A DNA stretch of 64,000 nt from Mytilus californianus. Its lineage: Eukaryota. The position numbers and the translations under genes were made by a program. This document shows, piece after piece, positions 59,540 through 64,000 of the stretch. The notes beneath the pieces were generated by a model. That model ran no database searches. It saw only the letters and a program-made list of their open reading frames with translations, and was not told the DNA's origin. The DNA is taken from contig NW_026262734.1 of the NCBI RefSeq assembly GCF_021869535.1, positions 96,038,001 to 96,102,000 of the forward strand. The letters run 5' to 3'. Every line of letters begins with the position of its first letter. Within the stretch, counting starts at the first letter, position 1.

Positions 59540-59912
59540 AACTAGAAAATGTGTCTATAAGACACAGGATGTCCTGCCATTAAATGTGATCAAATTGTTG
59601 ATGAGCTGTGTGGTACTATAAAAAGAATACTGTAGTGGTGATATATAACTATAGGTTTTTGTGAAATGAACCTAAACGCAAGACTTAACCAAAGACAGTA
59701 AAGCATGAATTGTAGGTCATAGTGACTCAAATAGTGTGTTGTACTGCTAGTATATAAGTTGTCTGTGGTGAATAAATATAATCGATATGTTACCATAAGT
59801 TTCTGAGAAATGGAGCTAAATGCAAAACTTAACTTGATAGGGATGTACATACTTATGGACGGACAAGGGTATATCTATATAATCCATCCACATGTGTGGC
59901 AACGCATAATAA
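59540..59912 (-). mobile_element. Short HINE element, minus strand
   Basis: Minus strand starts ttattatgc...cccttgtccgtcc and ends ggcaggacatcc, hairpin gtgtc-ttata-gacac, CTAGTT. Confidence 0.75.
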
Positions 59913-61714
59913 AATCCAATCTTGGTATCTACTTTGAATATAAATAACAACATGCAGTATAGGTTGCAAAAGTATTCATTTATGAGCATATTTAAGTTCC
60001 CATACATTACTTATCCAGATTACATAAATTCCAAAAACAATTAACCAATAAAAAAGAGCTGAATAGCATGGTTTGATTAGCAACAGCCAACTTTACAGGC
60101 TTATTCCATTCATATATAACCTCATGACTTTTCACAGTGTGCCACGTTTTTTTTTATCCTGTTCTGCAAATCATGTTATGCAAATACCTGTCATTCGATC
60201 CCACACCCCCTTTCCCTCACACAAGAATTTTAAGTGCACACATGTTTTTTATGCTAAAAACAGTGTTTTTGAGATTTATAAAGTTTTCAACAGTAAATTA
60301 TATTGATAAGTGTACCAGTGTCATTTTATATACTACCTTTATTTTCTTTGGTAGGATAGTAAGTTGACCAAACACAATGTACATGTATATGCCTATCGGC
60401 ACTAAAATTACATGCAAGTTTTCCACTAAAAATTGAAAAAACATTGCATCAGCATATATTGTGCTTCTTGTATCATGACATCTTAGCATAGAAATGAGCA
60501 AAAAGTTAAAAAAAATCTATTTCCTATAGCTTCTGTATTCATTGTTATGTGTAAATATGTGTTATGGTCTAAATTGACCAAAAAATAATTTTCAATCATA
60601 CATGGCCAAGATCATTTTATACTCATGTGGTATGATATTTGTAACTTTTTTTCCATTCAAGGTACATTTAATATATGTTGAAGAATTATTTAAACCCAAA
60701 AACCTTTCAAATTTTAAATTGGTAGAAAAAAATACATTTTTATGTAAAGCCACCTTCATTTGAAAATCTCTTTTTTCAGGCACAGGCTCAAATTAATTTA
60801 AAGTTTGAATAATTGTAATAAATCTTGAATCTTTGATACATTGAATGATTCTTAAATTGCTTTTAATACATGCTACAGTATATATAAGGGCATTTAAAAA
60901 GCAAATTTTTGCAATATTTAATTTTTTAAATCACAAATCTTGATAGTTGAAATTGTTAAATTAAATGTAAAAAAAAACACCCAAAGTTAAATTATCAAAA
61001 TGGACATATTGTCTATAACAAAAATTGTATTGTCATGAAACTTTGACAACTCTTTTATAATTCCCTAACCTAAGGTCATGCCAAGTTTTAAAAAAAAGGT
61101 CTATTCAGTTTAAAAACGCAATTATTTCATGGCAGAGGTGGATTTAGGGGTTAGATACATGCATGTGTATGGGTAATGCATAGCCTTTTTACATGTCCCA
61201 CTCCAAACATTGACTAGTTTGGGTGTCCTGGATCCGCATTTGTTAAGTGCGTTTCTTTTAGACAATAAATGAAAATTAAAAAAAAAGAAATCACACTTGC
61301 ACTTTCTCAATAAGATTTTTACAGTGTAATGTAATACTTTTAGGAAAAATTATATCAAAATTACAGAATAGTCTACCAGGTCTAACTCAAAATATGGACA
61401 ATATTATGTTAAGGAGGTCTGTAATCAGTTTGACAGCTCCATATATACATGTTCTAATTTTTGCCTTGTTCAACTAACCCAAATCACTACTTAACCTCAA
61501 AAATCATGTTACATGTACTTTTATCCCTCTTATTACTATTTTATGCATAAAAATAGAGAAATAAATGACGAAGATGTATGAAAAAAAATTGCAAGTTAGA
61601 CATTGTCCACATGAGGGTCTATATTTGTAAAGACTGAAAATCAAAGGATGATAACTGTGTACCAGGACCAAATGTGTGACGTCCAGTTTCGCTGAACTAG
61701 TATACATTATTATT

Positions 61715-61860
61715 CAGGGGCTAGCTGGATTCTGCCTCCGGGTGCGGGATTTTCTCGCTGTGTTGTTGACCCATTGGTGGCCTTAGGCTGTTTTCTGCTA
61801 TTTGGTCGGGTTGTATACTTGACACATTCCCCTTTTCGATTCTCAATTTTATATAATCTA
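61715..61860 (+). mobile_element. Dispersed repeat family A, 3' fragment
   Basis: gggtgcgggattttctcgctg...cccttttcgattctcaatttt matches 18560-18672. Confidence 0.8.
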
Positions 61861-64000
61861 TAATACACACTCATGGTTGTCACTGTTTTTTTTTTCACGA
61901 ATTTAGCTGAAAATCATTTCCGTTAATTTTACGCGTTCAAATGATTGTATGGTCGTGAATCACTCTTGTGCTGGGATAATTTGCAGACGATGTAAAATAT
62001 CCGAAACTTAAAAAAAAAATACTTACACTACAGTATATTTCCTTTGTTTACAAAATATTACAAACATTTTACGCATATTTCCTGGTCCTTTTCTAGTGTA
62101 AAACAAGTGTGAAACTGCTTCATAAGCTACTAAATGAAGATCGTGTTCTATTATTTTCGATCTGCGTTTCAGTATTCATGAAAAGCAGCCCACGTGTTCG
62201 ATTATTATTAATTATCTTGTCTTTGTCTCCTCTCACCGCGAGGAACATGCCATTTTCCCCAAAACGGAAGTGCATTTGCAACAATGAAAATTGCAATAAT
62301 AAATTCAAAATTACAGTTTTCAATTACAACACTCTTTGGTAATATATTCAAATAAAATAGATTATTTATAATAATCAAAATTAATTGTTATTGGCAATTA
62401 CGACAATAAGTATGACTTACGATATCATAGCGCAACATCCTGCGCAGCAGGCGCGAAAATTTAAACCCGCGAGCCCCCTTAAAAACATACAGTCATGTAC
62501 TTTGCTCAAGTCATAACATAATTACTTAAAATAAAGTGATTGACGTTTGTCATTTTATCAGTAGACCTCTGATTTGGTTTTATATGTACAAATGAAAGTT
62601 TCATATGGATGTGTGTGTCATTTATATTATGTATTACTTGCATTTTACAAATAATTTATAATAGCACATATATATGTTTTTGGTGACGCTTAACTCTGAG
62701 TTTGTCATTCTCATAACAATGAAAGTGTACACAGTTATCTTTCTCGTTTGGTGACACGCATAGGGCCATAAACGTAATAAAAATAGAGTGCTAGATATGT
62801 ATAATTAAAATGGAGGACCAGTTTGAACATTTTCAAATACACGCAGTAAGAAAGTTTAATGAGTTATTTAATGGTCAAACAGTATTATATCATATTTTGG
62901 AGCAAATTCATCAATGCAAACGGGTCACTCAAGTTGAAATATGTTTGCAAACAATCCTTGTCTCTAAAATAACACTGAATAAAAGTCCTGGGGCTATTTT
63001 TTCTAAAAGAAAAATTCATGCCTACGTGTGGTGTGGTGTACAATTCTTTTGGTCCTGATATTTGAGAAAGTTACATTTGCTGGAATAATGCATGTTGATC
63101 TCTGATGATTCTGTTAAGACTGCGTATGTCAGTACCATTTACAGTAAGACTTTGTAGTAGTCTGCCGATGTTCAACACAGTATGTTAGTTCTATTATTTC
63201 TACAAATTGAATATACTTTCTAATCGAGCATTTTCTCTGTGAAAATTCTTTTTGAGTCTGTTCCAATGCGATATTGTGTAATACTTCATATGTATTTGAG
63301 TGTTATTTAATTAGCGTTGATATGATAGTAACAACAGGACATTTAACTTTTTTTTCATTTAAACCAAAATTTTATTACCGAAATAATTATGATTTCCCAA
63401 CTAACTCTATAAATACTTATAAGTTGATTAATTTAGAAATCATTTCAAACTCATTCAGTTTTTCCTAATATTGTCCATTTTGGTTCTCACATAACTATAT
63501 AAGTATTTATTCCATGGGCGTTAGTGCCTCGGTGTTGCAGATGGAGTAGTTATAACCTGACCAGCAACTTAATGTGATGGCCAGCCATTTTAACTGGTTA
63601 CAGAAAACCTGCGATTGGTTTTACGACCGCTTCGATCGATTCTAGGACCAAAATCAAGTTAACTTAAAAGCAGACTAATCTAGAACTGTTTTATATGACT
63701 GCGGAATTAAGACCCGTCCGCTACTGAATCGAATATTGAAGCAAGACCTGCAGAAAATTTAAATTCGACCTGTACAACTCAAATTGAAATACACTTGTTC
63801 TGAAAATACTTGTGGCTGATCTGCTCGACAGCAGTTTTACTTGTGATCAAGACCGTTTTACACCGATTGATAAAATATTTTAAAATGTCCTTGTTTCTCA
63901 ATATAAACAATACAGTACGGATAAAACTTTGATTGGAATAAAAATGTCTTCTGACAAGTTTATTAATAAATCGAAAACAATATCGGTTACTAGGTTACAC

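Larger units (their letters stand above)
56425..62478. mobile_element. Candidate ~6-kb non-autonomous Kolobok-like element with nested insertions
   Basis: TTAA|ggaggctcgaggc at 56421 and cccgcgagccccc|TTAA at 62479-62482 form imperfect TIRs. No transposase ORF seen. Confidence 0.5.

Noticed and set aside
62810-63300. ORF 62810-63058 (NKSPG motif) or minus-strand LRR remnant
   Set aside because: Isolated short motifs in AT-rich DNA without supporting context or splice structure.

Overview
AT-rich animal genomic DNA. The repeat landscape points to a bivalve, most likely Mytilus-like (inference, no search run). Genes: (1) an intact single-coding-exon RING-less TRIM-like gene (B-box1, B-box2, coiled coil, NHL-like beta-propeller) at 44138-45823 +; (2) its disabled paralogue at 26005-27240 +, part of a ~18 kb tandem duplication; (3) a phase-consistent five-exon model (1681-12961 +) for a 428-aa uncharacterised protein ending in a Tudor/BAH-like beta-barrel. 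Much of the rest is mobile DNA: Naiad-type Penelope-like retroelement (PLE) fragments and their abundant 3' ends, Helentron-associated HINE elements with ~160-bp internal arrays, TTAA-flanked Kolobok-like elements, a deleted MULE transposase, SINE pieces and short palindromic elements. The most striking observation is a ~1.17-kb non-coding element present as an inverted pair (35170-36337 and 40621-41796). It carries a complete type III hammerhead ribozyme with all core nucleotides and stems I-III readable in the + copy at 41401-41527. This suggests a retrozyme-like or foldback element family in a mollusc.
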